This document shows, in pieces, positions 19,094 through 29,435 of a stretch of 64,000 nt of DNA; within the stretch, counting starts at the first letter, position 1, and each line of letters opens with the position of its first letter. The stretch is from positions 26,958-90,957 of the forward strand of contig DIAQ01000033.1 of the NCBI GenBank assembly GCA_002414865.1. The letters are read 5' to 3'. The notes below the pieces were generated by a model. The model saw only the letters and a program-made list of their open reading frames with translations, was not told where the DNA came from and made no database searches. The position numbers were made by a program, and so were the translations under genes. The DNA is from a candidate division Hyd24-12 bacterium UBA5074 (GTDB lineage: Bacteria > Fermentibacterota > Fermentibacteria > Fermentibacterales > Fermentibacteraceae).

Positions 19094-19837
19094 ATGCCCC
19101 GAAGCGTCGTACTCGTCCCGACCTACAACGAAGCCACCAACATCCGCGAGTTCCACAGGTCGTTCCGGGAGCATTGCGATCACGACCTGCTCGTGATAGA
19201 CGACTCCTCGCCCGACGGTACCGCCGAGCTGGTGCGGCAGATCGCCTCGGAGGACCCGGGCGTGAGGCTCCTCCTCAGACCCGGGAAGGAGGGGCTCGGG
19301 AAGGCCTATGCCGAGGGCTTCGGGATGATCAGCTCCGAGGGCCGGTACGACAGGGTCTTCATGATGGACGCAGACCTGTCGCATCAGCCCTCCCATCTCC
19401 CGGCGCTCGCGGAGGCCCTCGACCGCGTACACATGTCCATAGGATCCAGATACATCCACGGCGTGAGCGTCCTCAACTGGTCCATCCTGCGCCTGAATCT
19501 CAGCTACACGGCCAACTGGTACATCAGGACGGCCACCGGCCTTCCCGTGAGGGACTGCACCAGCGGTTTCAGGGGCTTCCGGGCCGAGGTGCTCCCCGTC
19601 CTGCTCTCCTCGGAGTTCCGGGCTTCCGGCTACGCTTTCCTGGTCGAGATGCTGCACAGGGTCTGGATGGCCGGGATGGAACTGGGAGAGGTTCCCATCG
19701 TGTTCCTGGAGAGGCGTTCGGGCAGTTCCAAGATCAGCCGCAGGGTGCTCCTGGAATCCCTTCTGCTGCCGCTGCGACTCGTGCCCGGGAGATTCCGCCG
19801 GCGGCGCGCGCCGGGCCGGTCTCAGAGCGAGTTGTAG
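19094..19837 (+). CDS. Polyprenol-monophosphomannose synthase-like GT2 glycosyltransferase
   Basis: PTYNE, DDSSPDGT, GLGKAY, MDADLSH, DCTSGFR, G.SK. Confidence 0.9.
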   Translation: MPRSVVLVPTYNEATNIREFHRSFREHCDHDLLVIDDSSPDGTAELVRQIASEDPGVRLLLRPGKEGLGKAYAEGFGMISSEGRYDRVFMMDADLSHQPSHLPALAEALDRVHMSIGSRYIHGVSVLNWSILRLNLSYTANWYIRTATGLPVRDCTSGFRGFRAEVLPVLLSSEFRASGYAFLVEMLHRVWMAGMELGEVPIVFLERRSGSSKISRRVLLESLLLPLRLVPGRFRRRRAPGRSQSEL

Positions 19838-21180
19838 ATCTCCCTTATCACCGCGTCCTGCCAGTTCCTGGCGGCGTACACCGAGCCCTGGGGGACCTCC
19901 GCCATGAGCACGACTGCAATCCTCCGGCCCGAGGCCGTGGAGACGATCCCCGCGATCGAGGACGTGTCGTTCAGCGAGCCCGTCTTGCCGCGGAAGGCTC
20001 CCTCCGGCAGATCGGTGAGCCTCGTGGAGAGAGTTCCCTCCTGCCCGTTGACCGCCAGGGAGGCCAGGTACTCGGGTCCGTAGCCGAACGAGCCCACCCC
20101 TTCGAGCAGGACGGCGGCCAGGGCTCTCGGCGTGAGGCGGTTGAGCCTGCTCAGTCCCGAGCCGTCGGCCAGAAGGATATCCCCTGGAGAGGGCGTCAGA
20201 TCGGAGATCATCGCGCCGGCCATCTCGCAGCCGGCGGCGGTCGATGCAGGGGGTCCGAAGGCCTGGAGGGCGGAAGCCCTGAGCAGGAGCTCGGCCACGC
20301 CGTTCAAGCTCCACTTGTCCATCTCCGCCGTGATCTGCCAGAGGGGGCGGGAGGAGATGACGGAGATCGATCTGATGCCCGGCCCCCCTGGAGCCTGTCC
20401 TTCCGAGATGGAGGCCACGCGGATGCCATACTCCCCCAGGGCGTCGGCGAAGAGGAGCGCAAACTCCAGGGACGGATCGGGGAATGGTGTCCACAGCGTA
20501 CGGACGCTCCGCGCCGGCAGGGATCCCTGGACGGTCACCCGGTCCGGTGACTCGTCCCATCCCGAGACGGAGACAGTCAGATCGTCGGCGCCGATGCCGG
20601 CAGCGGGCCTGAGTTCGGCTCCGGGCAGATCCGGCCATCCCGAGACCCGGAGCGGTCCGCCGACGGTCGAGACGACTATCTCGAGCAGGTTGCCCCCGAA
20701 CGAGAGAGCCTCGACTGGAGGGCAGTAGGCCCTGCCCCAGTCGTCCTCGTCCCAGCCCAGGCAATGGGAGTCGTCCTCGAAGCAGCCTGTGTCGTAGATC
20801 AGCCTCCATGGCACGGAGGGATCTATGGAGAGGGCGGTCTCCATGGCCGATCTCTCGATGTCGTCGAGTTCCAGCAGCGGGGCGCCTGAGCCGGCGAGGC
20901 AGATGCACGCCGACGACGTATCGACGAGGACCGGCGTCCTGAAGACGTAGTCGGGACCCAGGGTGCGCATCGCCAGGAGCGAAGTCACGAGCTTCACCGT
21001 CGAGGCGGGGCGGAAGGCCTGGTCCGACCGGGTGTCCAGGATGACCTCGCCGGTCTCGGCGTCTATCGCCAGGGCGCCGGTGCGCCAGCTCTGCTGCGGT
21101 TGCGGGAACTCGAGCGCCAGGAGGATCGACAGGACAAGGGCCGGGCTCAAGACGAACCTCCGGATCGGAAGTTGACACAA
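19822..21180 (-). CDS. dacB: D-Ala-D-Ala carboxypeptidase/endopeptidase (PBP4, peptidase S13)
   Basis: PASTVK, S.N..AE, DGSGLSR.N, KTGSL; exact start uncertain. Confidence 0.9.
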   Translation of the reverse strand: MCQLPIRRFVLSPALVLSILLALEFPQPQQSWRTGALAIDAETGEVILDTRSDQAFRPASTVKLVTSLLAMRTLGPDYVFRTPVLVDTSSACICLAGSGAPLLELDDIERSAMETALSIDPSVPWRLIYDTGCFEDDSHCLGWDEDDWGRAYCPPVEALSFGGNLLEIVVSTVGGPLRVSGWPDLPGAELRPAAGIGADDLTVSVSGWDESPDRVTVQGSLPARSVRTLWTPFPDPSLEFALLFADALGEYGIRVASISEGQAPGGPGIRSISVISSRPLWQITAEMDKWSLNGVAELLLRASALQAFGPPASTAAGCEMAGAMISDLTPSPGDILLADGSGLSRLNRLTPRALAAVLLEGVGSFGYGPEYLASLAVNGQEGTLSTRLTDLPEGAFRGKTGSLNDTSSIAGIVSTASGRRIAVVLMAEVPQGSVYAARNWQDAVIREIYNSL

Positions 21181-21254
21181 TCAGCCTCGAACCTACATTT
21201 GAAGGGTACTCTTGTGCAACCGCAAGGGATTTCGGAGCCGGGAGGAGATCGAGC

Positions 21255-22877
21255 GTGGGACGAATGCTGGCCATCGCCGTTTCGCTGCTGTTCCTGTCGT
21301 CATGCGCGCGCCGCGAGGAAGCCCTGAGAGTCGGGGACCTCTCGTACGACAGGCAGGAGCTCTCGGAGATACTCCGCCCTGTCGCCGGCGACTCGCAGGC
21401 GGTGGAGAACAGGCTCCAGTCGTTCATCGCAGGCCGGCTGATCCTCGTCGATGCCGATGCGCGCGGAATAACGGGAGACAGGATCGTCACCGAGCAGCTC
21501 TGGGAGAGGTCCAGGGAGAGGCTCCAGGCAGCCTACATCTCCGCCAAGCTGGGAGCCATCGTCATCCCGGAGGACAGTGTGACGGCCTTCTATGACGCGA
21601 GCGGAACCATGCTGCAGTACACGGTGATGAACGTCGCCGACAGCGCGCTGGCCGACAGCCTGCGGACGCTGGTCCTCGCAGGGGAGGACATGAGCGGCCT
21701 GGTGCGCAGGTTCTCCACGCTCTCGGTCGATGTCGAGACCGGCGGGCTGGTGGGCCCGAGGGATTCGATGAGGACCTCGGCGGCAGACGGGATGCTGCTT
21801 GCCGGTCTATCCCGGGGGGAGGTGTCCCCCGTGGCGAGGTTCGATTCCGGATGGCGCTTCCTGAGGCTCGACAGCATCTACCAGGCACCCATGCCCCGCT
21901 TCGAGGAAGCCAGGCAGGGCATCTACGATTTCATCTGGGGCCACGAGGCCGAGATCTACAAGGTGGGCCTGGAGGACAGCCTCAGGTCCGCGTACTCGAT
22001 AAGAGTGCCCGAAGGCGCGGTCGACCTCCTGGTCTCCCACGCCCTGACGCCTTCCGGCGAGTTCTCGCCGTATTCTCCGGAGGAGGACTCGACCATCGTA
22101 TGCGAGTGGGACGGGGGCCACAGGACCGCCGGCTTCGTGGCCAGGAACATCATCGCAATCCCGTCGTTCCTGCCCAGGGATGCCACCGACTCCTCGTGGG
22201 TGGACGGATACGTCAGGCTTCTCGGCCTGTACGACGTCATGGCAACGAGGGCGGTAGAGATGGGGCTCGACACGATCCCCGAGACCGCCGCCCTGGTCAC
22301 GCAGGCCAGGGAGGGCGTGATCCTGGAAGCCTGGCGCTCGAGGGTGCTCCTCCCGAGGATCTCACCTGACGAGCAGCAGATAGTCGCGTCCTACGAGGCC
22401 CATCGAGCCGCTCTCGTCATCCCGGAGAGGCGCAGGCTGCGCGCGATCGCCGCGGTGGACGAGGCGCAGGTCGCGAGGCTCGAAAGCCTCCTCTCGGCCG
22501 GGGGGGACCCTCTTGATTCGCCGGATCTCTTCACACCCGTGAGGTCGCTCCTGGAAGAGGGGGAGACCGTTCTGACAAGGCCCCTGGCCGCATCGGACCT
22601 GCCTCCCGAGATAGCCTCGGAAGTCGCCTCGCTCGAGCCGGGCGAAGCTCGGGCCTGCTCGCTATCGGGCGGCTCGGTCCTCTACATGGCGCTCGAGGAG
22701 GTCATCCCCGCCCGCCAGGCAACCCTGGAGGAGGCCCGGGAAAGCATTGCCGCCGCTCTTTCCGACTCCACCGAGCGCGTCATGCTCAGGGGACTTGTAG
22801 ACAGCCTGCGGTCTGCGTATCCTTGTCGTGTAGATTCCGAGTTCGTTTCCCGGTTCTGGAGTCCATCCCAGCGCTGA
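21255..22877 (+). CDS. Parvulin/PpiC-like (SurA/PrsA-type) lipoprotein chaperone
   Basis: GTG after GGAGGAG, lipobox LSSC, two degenerate rotamase-like segments (GEDM..LVRRFS, GG.VG, GEVSPV, TLEEARESI). Confidence 0.7.
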   Translation: MGRMLAIAVSLLFLSSCARREEALRVGDLSYDRQELSEILRPVAGDSQAVENRLQSFIAGRLILVDADARGITGDRIVTEQLWERSRERLQAAYISAKLGAIVIPEDSVTAFYDASGTMLQYTVMNVADSALADSLRTLVLAGEDMSGLVRRFSTLSVDVETGGLVGPRDSMRTSAADGMLLAGLSRGEVSPVARFDSGWRFLRLDSIYQAPMPRFEEARQGIYDFIWGHEAEIYKVGLEDSLRSAYSIRVPEGAVDLLVSHALTPSGEFSPYSPEEDSTIVCEWDGGHRTAGFVARNIIAIPSFLPRDATDSSWVDGYVRLLGLYDVMATRAVEMGLDTIPETAALVTQAREGVILEAWRSRVLLPRISPDEQQIVASYEAHRAALVIPERRRLRAIAAVDEAQVARLESLLSAGGDPLDSPDLFTPVRSLLEEGETVLTRPLAASDLPPEIASEVASLEPGEARACSLSGGSVLYMALEEVIPARQATLEEARESIAAALSDSTERVMLRGLVDSLRSAYPCRVDSEFVSRFWSPSQR

Positions 22878-22901
22878 AGGATAGACCGGAGGGCATATCT
22901 G

Positions 22902-23837
22902 ATGTTCTGCCGTGCATGCGGGCATGACAATGGTGAGAATAGCAGGGGCAAGTGCTCGAACTGCGGATTCGATCTCGAGTTCCAGACGCTTCCGCTCCGC
23001 GAGCAGAGAGAGGGTCTCCAGAAGCCTGTCGAAGGCAGGCTGGACATAGGCGATACCACCTTCAGGACGCACCATTACAGACGGACGGGTCTGACCGGCG
23101 TCGTGATAGGCATCGCCGGCCTGGTGGTGACGATCTTCATCATCTCCACGTTCGACAGGGCGCAGATCGTCGGCAGTGACGAAGAGCTGCAGGCCGTGGC
23201 GGACACCCTCGCCGCCCCTTCTGACTCGCTGCCCATCGAGATCGGGGCGGACATCGTCTATGTCCTCAACGACAGCGGCACCAGCGCGGAGCCCAGGACG
23301 AACCTGAACCTCAGCCTGATCCCCGAAGGCAGCTCCGTGGCGTTCCTGGGCAGCAGATCCGTCCCGATCCGCCCGCTCGTGAGCTTCATCGAGCGAAAGC
23401 GAGCGGAGGGCGAGACCGCCCGTCTGGACCTCAACGCTCTCTGCTGCTGGAACGACGACTCACACAGCACCTTCACGAGGATCCCGCTCGTGGTCACGGA
23501 TCCGACGCCCGCCGACAGCGCAACCGCTCCCGTGACCTTGAAGCTGATCTTCACCGAGGAGTGGCTCGTGGGCAGGGTGGACGAGTTCGGCATCGACATC
23601 ACGGCCCCGGTGCGCGCAGGAGAGTTCAGCGCATGGAAGCTCGACAGCGTCCTGACGCAGGTTTCGAGCCGCCTCTCCAGGAGGGATCTCGGAGGAAGGG
23701 CCGTCGAGGTTACCGCGATGTTCTCGGAGGGCTCGAACCTCGGCCATGCCATGGACATCATGCTGCAGGTCCAGCCGTCCGTCGACAGCCTCGGCTACAG
23801 GGGCCTCGGACTGAAGTACTTCCTGCTCGAGGACTAG
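22902..23837 (+). CDS. Zinc-ribbon membrane protein of unknown function
   Basis: MFCRACG...CSNCG N-terminus, single TM helix, extracytoplasmic C-terminal part. Confidence 0.7.
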   Translation: MFCRACGHDNGENSRGKCSNCGFDLEFQTLPLREQREGLQKPVEGRLDIGDTTFRTHHYRRTGLTGVVIGIAGLVVTIFIISTFDRAQIVGSDEELQAVADTLAAPSDSLPIEIGADIVYVLNDSGTSAEPRTNLNLSLIPEGSSVAFLGSRSVPIRPLVSFIERKRAEGETARLDLNALCCWNDDSHSTFTRIPLVVTDPTPADSATAPVTLKLIFTEEWLVGRVDEFGIDITAPVRAGEFSAWKLDSVLTQVSSRLSRRDLGGRAVEVTAMFSEGSNLGHAMDIMLQVQPSVDSLGYRGLGLKYFLLED

Positions 23838-23963
23838 GCCGGGCGCGCTCCGGCGCCTCCGGCGGACCCGGCATCTCCAGGCCGATCCGGCAAGCGCGGA
23901 CCAGCGTTCCGCGCACCCGGCGGAAACTGTCGCAGGAGGCCGCATCCTGCAGAAGGCGGATCG

Positions 23964-25154
23964 ATGAGCGCCACTCTTGTACTGCTCCCGCACAGGGAGA
24001 AGTCGCTCCTGAACAGGCATCCATGGATATTCTCGGGTGCGGTCGCGGGAGTCACGGGGGAGCCGTCCCCCGGCGACGTCATCGACGTACACGCCAGCGA
24101 CGGCCGTCTCCTCGCGAGAGGATTCTACAATCCCAGGTCGCAGATCGTCTTCAGAGCCCTCACATGGGCTGACGAAGACGTCAGGCAGCCCTCGTTCTGG
24201 ACTCGCAGGATAGCCGACGCCCTCTCGTACAGGATCAGGACCCTAGGCATGGAGCTCGACGGCCGCGCCCTGAGGGTCATATCCGCCGAGGCCGACGGGC
24301 TGCCCGGGCTCATCGTGGACATGTACGACGGCTGTGCGGTGATCCAGATGCTCTGCATGGGCATGGACATCCGCAGGCGGGAGATCGTGGACGCCCTGAA
24401 CGCCATCCTCGCCCCGCGCTGCATCTACGAGCGCAGCGACAGCGAGGTTCGACGGCTCGAGGGCCTCTCCACCGTCTGCGGGCTCGTGCAGGGGGAGGAG
24501 CCCCCGGCCCTCGTGGAATTCTCGGAAGGTGCCGTCAGGCTGCTGGCCGACATCAGGACCGGTCACAAAACCGGTTTCTACCTCGACCAGGCGGTCAACC
24601 GGAGGATCGTCGCAGGCTACGCCCGCGGGAGGACCGTGTTGAACTGCTACAGCTACACCGGGGCGTTCGGCGTGCACTGTGCAGCATCCGGGAGCTCTGT
24701 CGTGACGAGCCTCGACTCGTCCGCCCCGGCTCTGTCCCTGGCCACCGCCAACATGGATCTCAACGGCTTCGGCGAACTCCATGCGCCGGAGGACTGCGAC
24801 GTGCCCGAGAGGCTCAGGACCCTCTCCAGGGAGGGCAGGTCGTTCGGCATGGCGATACTCGACCCGCCTCGTTTCGTGCCCAACAGATCGGCTCTCGAGA
24901 AGGGGGCCAGGGCCTACAAGGACATCGCCCGCCTGGCATTCATGCTGCTCGAGCCGGGTGGCATCCTGGCAACCTTCAGCTGCTCGGGCCAGGTGGACGC
25001 AGACCTGTTCCAGAAGATCATCTTCTCCGCCTCGGTCGAGGCCGGCAGGGACGCCAGGATCATCTCCAGGCTGGGTCAGGCGCCCGACCACCCCGCCCTG
25101 CTCTCCTGCCCGGAGGGGACCTATCTGAAGGGGCTGCTCTGCAGCGCAGTGTAG
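23964..25154 (+). CDS. rlmI: RlmI-like class I SAM-dependent rRNA methyltransferase
   Basis: HPWIFSG (PUA domain), EADGLPGLIVD, GHKTGFYLDQ, YSYTGAF, LDPP, FSCS, YLKG. Confidence 0.9.
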   Translation: MSATLVLLPHREKSLLNRHPWIFSGAVAGVTGEPSPGDVIDVHASDGRLLARGFYNPRSQIVFRALTWADEDVRQPSFWTRRIADALSYRIRTLGMELDGRALRVISAEADGLPGLIVDMYDGCAVIQMLCMGMDIRRREIVDALNAILAPRCIYERSDSEVRRLEGLSTVCGLVQGEEPPALVEFSEGAVRLLADIRTGHKTGFYLDQAVNRRIVAGYARGRTVLNCYSYTGAFGVHCAASGSSVVTSLDSSAPALSLATANMDLNGFGELHAPEDCDVPERLRTLSREGRSFGMAILDPPRFVPNRSALEKGARAYKDIARLAFMLLEPGGILATFSCSGQVDADLFQKIIFSASVEAGRDARIISRLGQAPDHPALLSCPEGTYLKGLLCSAV

Positions 25155-25163
25155 TCTTCCTTC

Positions 25164-25192
25164 TTGAACCGGCCGGGTGTTCCGGCTATAAT
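25164..25192 (+). promoter_or_regulatory. Sigma70 promoter
   Basis: TTGAAC, 17 nt spacer, TATAAT. Confidence 0.7.
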
Positions 25193-25264
25193 GAAGAACA
25201 GGCTTGTGCCGATGCCGGCCGCGAGCCGCGCCGCAGGACAACGACCCGCGGAGGGTGGGTATAA

Positions 25265-25759
25265 ATGAGTTTCAGATTCGTCAGCAGCGCCGTCGATCCC
25301 ACTGGCTATCTGCCCTGCTGGTACGCGAAGGCGGGGAATGACTGCTCGCCTCCCGTCGGATGGGCCGGACTCCCTCCGGAGACCGGGAGCATCGCGGTGA
25401 CCTGCGAGAACCTCTCGGCCACACCCGAGGTTCTGCACTGGGTGCTGTACGATCTGGCACCCTATCCCGCAACCGTCTTCGGCGGGCTGCCGAAGCGCCC
25501 CGTGCTCGATTTCGGGTCGCACCAGGCTACGAACAGCTTCGGGGTCACGGGCTGGACGGGTCCCGGCGAGGACGGCGGCATCGTCACGCTCACGTTCACC
25601 GGATACGCCCTTCCCGGTCCCCTCGGGCTCCCCGGTGGCGCCCCCGCCGCGGAAGTGGCGGAGCTGGCGCGGGAGAATGCACTGGCGATCTGCAGCTTCA
25701 CCGGAACGTACTTCCCGAGAAGGCGCAGACCGGCATGCGCCTCCGGTGCAGGGGGATGA
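25265..25759 (+). CDS. YbhB/YbcL (PEBP/RKIP-like) protein, divergent
   Basis: SPP..W..LP, HWVLYD, NSFG..GW.GP, YAL; lacks DPDAP and GP.PP..HRY. Confidence 0.75.
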   Translation: MSFRFVSSAVDPTGYLPCWYAKAGNDCSPPVGWAGLPPETGSIAVTCENLSATPEVLHWVLYDLAPYPATVFGGLPKRPVLDFGSHQATNSFGVTGWTGPGEDGGIVTLTFTGYALPGPLGLPGGAPAAEVAELARENALAICSFTGTYFPRRRRPACASGAGG

Positions 25760-25762
25760 GAA

Positions 25763-26230
25763 ATGGCCGCTCTGTTGCTCTTCAGCAGCGCGTTCAGTGA
25801 TGGCGGGCCGATCCCTGCACTCCATACCTGCGACGGGGCCGACATCTCGCCCCCGCTCTCCTGGCAGGCACAGGACAGCTCGATCGTCTCCTTTGCCCTC
25901 GTCTGCGAGGACCCCGACGCGCCTCTCACGACATGGACCCACTGGGTGATCTTCAACATCCCTGCCACGACCGATTCGCTCCCCCAGGGTCTTTCCACGG
26001 AGTCCCGCCTTCCCGACGGCTCCTGCCAGGGTCTCAACAGCTGGGGGCGCACCGGATACGGCGGACCCTGCCCTCCTTCCGGCACCCATCGCTACTTCTT
26101 CAGGCTCTACGCCCTCGATGCAATGCTCGATCTCCCGTCCCGCTCACGCCCCGCGGAAGTCGCGAGGGCCATGGACGGCCATGTCATCTACTCGGCGAGC
26201 CTGATGGGCACCTACTCCAGGCACAGGTAG
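25763..26230 (+). CDS. YbhB/YbcL (PEBP/RKIP-like) protein
   Basis: TCDG.DISPPL.W, DPDAP, HWVIFNIP, GYGGPCPPSGTHRYFF.LYALD. Confidence 0.93.
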   Translation: MAALLLFSSAFSDGGPIPALHTCDGADISPPLSWQAQDSSIVSFALVCEDPDAPLTTWTHWVIFNIPATTDSLPQGLSTESRLPDGSCQGLNSWGRTGYGGPCPPSGTHRYFFRLYALDAMLDLPSRSRPAEVARAMDGHVIYSASLMGTYSRHR

Positions 26231-26238
26231 GGCGCCCC

Positions 26239-27453
26239 GTGCGCCCCGAAGGCCTCCAGGGCAGCGTCCATTCACCGCTGTGGGCGCTGGACCCCGGCGT
26301 TGTGTTCCTCAACCACGGTTCGTTCGGGGCCTGCCCCCGCGAAGTGCTCGCCCACCGGAGGGCGCTCATCGAGGAACTCGAGTCCGAGCCCATGGACTTC
26401 CTCGTCAGGAGATACCCTGGCCTTCTCGGCGAGCAGATATCCTTCCTCGAGTCGTTCCTCGATGCCGAGCCCGGCTCGATCGTGCTCGTGCAGAACGCCA
26501 CGGTAGGCGTGAACACGATCCTCCGGAGCCTCCGGCTCGGACCCGGCGACGAAGTCCTGGTGACCGGCAGCGAGTACTTCTCGACGAGGAACTCCGCGCG
26601 CTCCGTCACCGAGGCCGCAGGAGCCTCGGTCAGGATGGTCGGGATCCCGTTCCCGCTCTCTGATCCCTCCGAGGCCTCGGATGCCATCCTGTCCGCCGTG
26701 ACCCCCCGGACGCGGCTCGCTGTGATCGACCACATCGCGAGCCCGACGGCCCTTGTATTCGACGTCGAACAGATAACGGCCGCGCTGACATCGAGGGGCA
26801 TCGAGGTGCTGGTCGACGGGGCGCACGGACCGGGCGGCGTCGATCTGAGCCTCCGCTCCGTAGGCGCGTCATACTACACCGGCAACTGCCACAAGTGGCT
26901 TTGCAGCCCGAAGGTGTGCGCTATACTCTATGTCAGGCCGGACAGGCAGGAGGGCGTCCACCCGCTCGCGATATCGCATGTCCGGGCCGACCTCGACACC
27001 CCTCTGTCGGATTTCCAGCTCGAGTTCATGTGGAACGGCACGCCCGACCCCACGGCCGCGCTGAGCGTCAGGAAGAGCGTGGAATACATGGCCTCGATCC
27101 TGCCGGGGGGCTGGACGGCCATAAGGGAGCGGAACAGGGCGTTGGCGACCGAGGCCGGCCGCAGGCTCTCGTCGGCTCTGGGGCTCCCGCCTCAGGCGCC
27201 CGACTCCATGACGGGGCCCATGGCGGCGGTCCTGCTGCCGTGGAGGCAGCCTCCCGAACCTCCCGGAGTTCTCTGGCTCGATCCGCTTCAGGTCTGGCTG
27301 AGGGAGGAGAGGGGCATAGAGGTGCCGGTCACCTGGACTCCCGGACCGCGGAGCAGGCTCCTGCGGCTCTCCGCTCAGCTCTACAACTCGCCGGAGGAGT
27401 ACGACTACCTGATCGAATCCGTCCTCGAGTGCCCATTCCTCGGAGCCGACTGA
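26239..27453 (+). CDS. Class V PLP enzyme (isopenicillin-N epimerase / L-cysteine desulfhydrase / Egt2-like)
   Basis: FLNHGSFGACP, NAT.GVN, DHI.SPTA, VDGAH, GNCHKWLC.PK, LRLSAQLYN; start codon approximate. Confidence 0.85.
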   Translation: MRPEGLQGSVHSPLWALDPGVVFLNHGSFGACPREVLAHRRALIEELESEPMDFLVRRYPGLLGEQISFLESFLDAEPGSIVLVQNATVGVNTILRSLRLGPGDEVLVTGSEYFSTRNSARSVTEAAGASVRMVGIPFPLSDPSEASDAILSAVTPRTRLAVIDHIASPTALVFDVEQITAALTSRGIEVLVDGAHGPGGVDLSLRSVGASYYTGNCHKWLCSPKVCAILYVRPDRQEGVHPLAISHVRADLDTPLSDFQLEFMWNGTPDPTAALSVRKSVEYMASILPGGWTAIRERNRALATEAGRRLSSALGLPPQAPDSMTGPMAAVLLPWRQPPEPPGVLWLDPLQVWLREERGIEVPVTWTPGPRSRLLRLSAQLYNSPEEYDYLIESVLECPFLGAD

Positions 27454-27460
27454 CCGGCGA

Positions 27461-28651
27461 TCAGGCTGCCGGCTCGAACCAGCCCCGCGTCCGCAGGCAT
27501 ATCTTCACGAGCATCAGCATCACGGGCACTTCGATCAGCACACCGACCACGGTCGCCAGCGCCGCTCCCGACGAGAGGCCGAACAGCATCGTGGCCGTGG
27601 CGATGGCCACCTCGAAATGGTTCGAGGCCCCGATCATCGCCGCCGGCGCCGCATCCTCGTAGCGGAGTTTCAGGAGCCTCGCGAGCCAGTACCCGAGCCA
27701 GAAGATCAGGTTGGTCTGGATGAAGAGGGGAATGGCGATCCAGAGGATCGTGAGGGGATTCGAGAGGATCGTCCCGCCCTTGAAACTGAACAGGAGGACC
27801 AGGGTCGTGAGAAGGGCGACGATCGTGATGGGCGTGAGGACATGGAGGAACTTCTCCCTGAACCACCGCTCGCCCCTTGCCCTGACGATCCACCTCCTGG
27901 AGAGGTATCCCGCCACCAGGGGCAATGCCACGTAGATTGCGATGGACAGCGCCAGTGCCTGCCATGGGACCGGCAGCCTCCCGACGCCCAGCAGGAATCC
28001 GCCGAGCAGTCCGTAGAGAACCAACATCGACAGAGAGTTGATGGCGACCATCACGAGCGTCAGCCCGTCGTTGCCCCTGGCGAGATAGCTCCAGACAAGG
28101 ACCATGGCCGTGCATGGCGCTATCCCCAGCAGGATGCATCCTGCGAAATAGCTGCGCCACAGTGGTACCTGCAGCATCTTGATCCCGTCGGAGAGGACCA
28201 CCGTGCCCGCCCCGTGTGTCGCTCCGACCGGCAGGTCCAGGCCGAAAGGCATCTTCACCAGGTCCGTCGCGTCGGTTCCGATGAACGCGCGGAAGAGAAC
28301 CCCCAGAAACAGCAGGGCGATGGCGTACATCGTGAAGGGCTTGATCGCCCAGTTCACGAATAGAGTCAGCCATACGGGCCTGCCGCTCCTGCCGGCCCTG
28401 ACCACCGAAGCGAAGTCGATCTTCACCATGATCGGGTACATCATCAGGAAGAGGCAGATGGCGATCGGGATGGAAACCACCGGCGCGCCGTTCACGAAGA
28501 TCGAGAATCCATCCAGCCTGGTCGCCAGAGCGGGCGCGAGCCTGCCGAGTATGATCCCCGCGACGATGCACAAGCCAACCCACACGGTCAGATACCGCTC
28601 GAACACGTTCGACATCCTGCGGTCTGCAGCCGGGCACGAGGTTCCGCTCAT
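27461..28651 (-). CDS. acr3: Acr3 family arsenite efflux transporter
   Basis: [49 protein letters not shown]. Confidence 0.95.
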   Translation of the reverse strand: MSGTSCPAADRRMSNVFERYLTVWVGLCIVAGIILGRLAPALATRLDGFSIFVNGAPVVSIPIAICLFLMMYPIMVKIDFASVVRAGRSGRPVWLTLFVNWAIKPFTMYAIALLFLGVLFRAFIGTDATDLVKMPFGLDLPVGATHGAGTVVLSDGIKMLQVPLWRSYFAGCILLGIAPCTAMVLVWSYLARGNDGLTLVMVAINSLSMLVLYGLLGGFLLGVGRLPVPWQALALSIAIYVALPLVAGYLSRRWIVRARGERWFREKFLHVLTPITIVALLTTLVLLFSFKGGTILSNPLTILWIAIPLFIQTNLIFWLGYWLARLLKLRYEDAAPAAMIGASNHFEVAIATATMLFGLSSGAALATVVGVLIEVPVMLMLVKICLRTRGWFEPAA

Positions 28652-28731
28652 CGCCCCTCCCTGTCCACGATCGCCTCAATCCCTGCGCAGCTCGCGAATC
28701 CATTTCGCGCAGGAGTTGGAAGGCGCTTCAT
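28648..28731 (-). other. 27-codon ORF coupled to both neighbours (possible gene remnant or small protein)
   Basis: Its ATG overlaps the ccdA TGA and its TGA overlaps the acr3 ATG (two ATGA overlaps); [27 protein letters not shown]. Confidence 0.35.
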
Positions 28732-29435
28732 ATGGCTTTTTGCAGCATATAGATACCTGCCAGGATGACGAGGGCTCCGGCGGCGCGCCGCAGGATGGCG
28801 AGAGCTCGGGACTTCTCGTTCCAGCTCAGCAGTCTGCAGGCTGTCCCGGAGAAGGTGCCTGCGGCGACGATCACGCCACAATGGCCGATGGCGAAGCAGC
28901 CCATCATGGCTGCGGAGAGGACTGGCCGAACGGCCTGTGCGGCCAGGACCACCCCGAGCAGCGGGGCGATGAAGGCAAAGGTGCAGGGCCCCGCCGCAGC
29001 CCCGAAGACGAGGCCATAAAGGGCGGAACCCAGGAGCCCCGACCTTCTCCGTCCCGGCATCGCAACTCGTGGCGCCGGCAGGGTGAAGACCTCCATCAGG
29101 TTCAGACCGAACAGCATCAGCAGGACGGCAAGAATGATGCCCCCGGGTTTCCCCATGTCTCCCGCAATGCGCCCCGCGCTTAACGTGATGACTCCCAGGG
29201 CCGAAACGGCAACCAGGACCCCGGCGGCGAATGACGCCGAGATTCGGAACGCCTTTCTCGTGGAGGTCTCGGGATCCTTCGAGATGTAGCCCACGAGCAG
29301 GGGGATGCTGGCGAGATGGCATGGGCTGAGAAGAATGCTCAGCATTCCCCAGACCATGGCGGCGGCAAGCCCGACAACGGGGGAGGATCCTTCGACCGCT
29401 CTCCCCAGGCCGGTCAGGAATTCACTCACCGGCAT
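28728..29435 (-). CDS. CcdA/DsbD-type transmembrane electron transporter
   Basis: LSPCHL and GPCT catalytic cysteine motifs, about 6 TM helices. Confidence 0.88.
   Translation of the reverse strand: MPVSEFLTGLGRAVEGSSPVVGLAAAMVWGMLSILLSPCHLASIPLLVGYISKDPETSTRKAFRISASFAAGVLVAVSALGVITLSAGRIAGDMGKPGGIILAVLLMLFGLNLMEVFTLPAPRVAMPGRRRSGLLGSALYGLVFGAAAGPCTFAFIAPLLGVVLAAQAVRPVLSAAMMGCFAIGHCGVIVAAGTFSGTACRLLSWNEKSRALAILRRAAGALVILAGIYMLQKAI

Noticed and set aside
22875-22904. In-frame TGA between the PpiC-like lipoprotein and the zinc-ribbon protein
   Set aside because: No SECIS-like stem follows, the downstream gene has a GGAGG RBS, and the fused topology would be implausible.
25757-25795. In-frame TGA between the two YbhB paralogs with a downstream hairpin
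   Set aside because: The hairpin loop (CTCTT) has no G, the TGA is not in a Cys/redox motif, and the second gene has its own ATG and purine-rich RBS.
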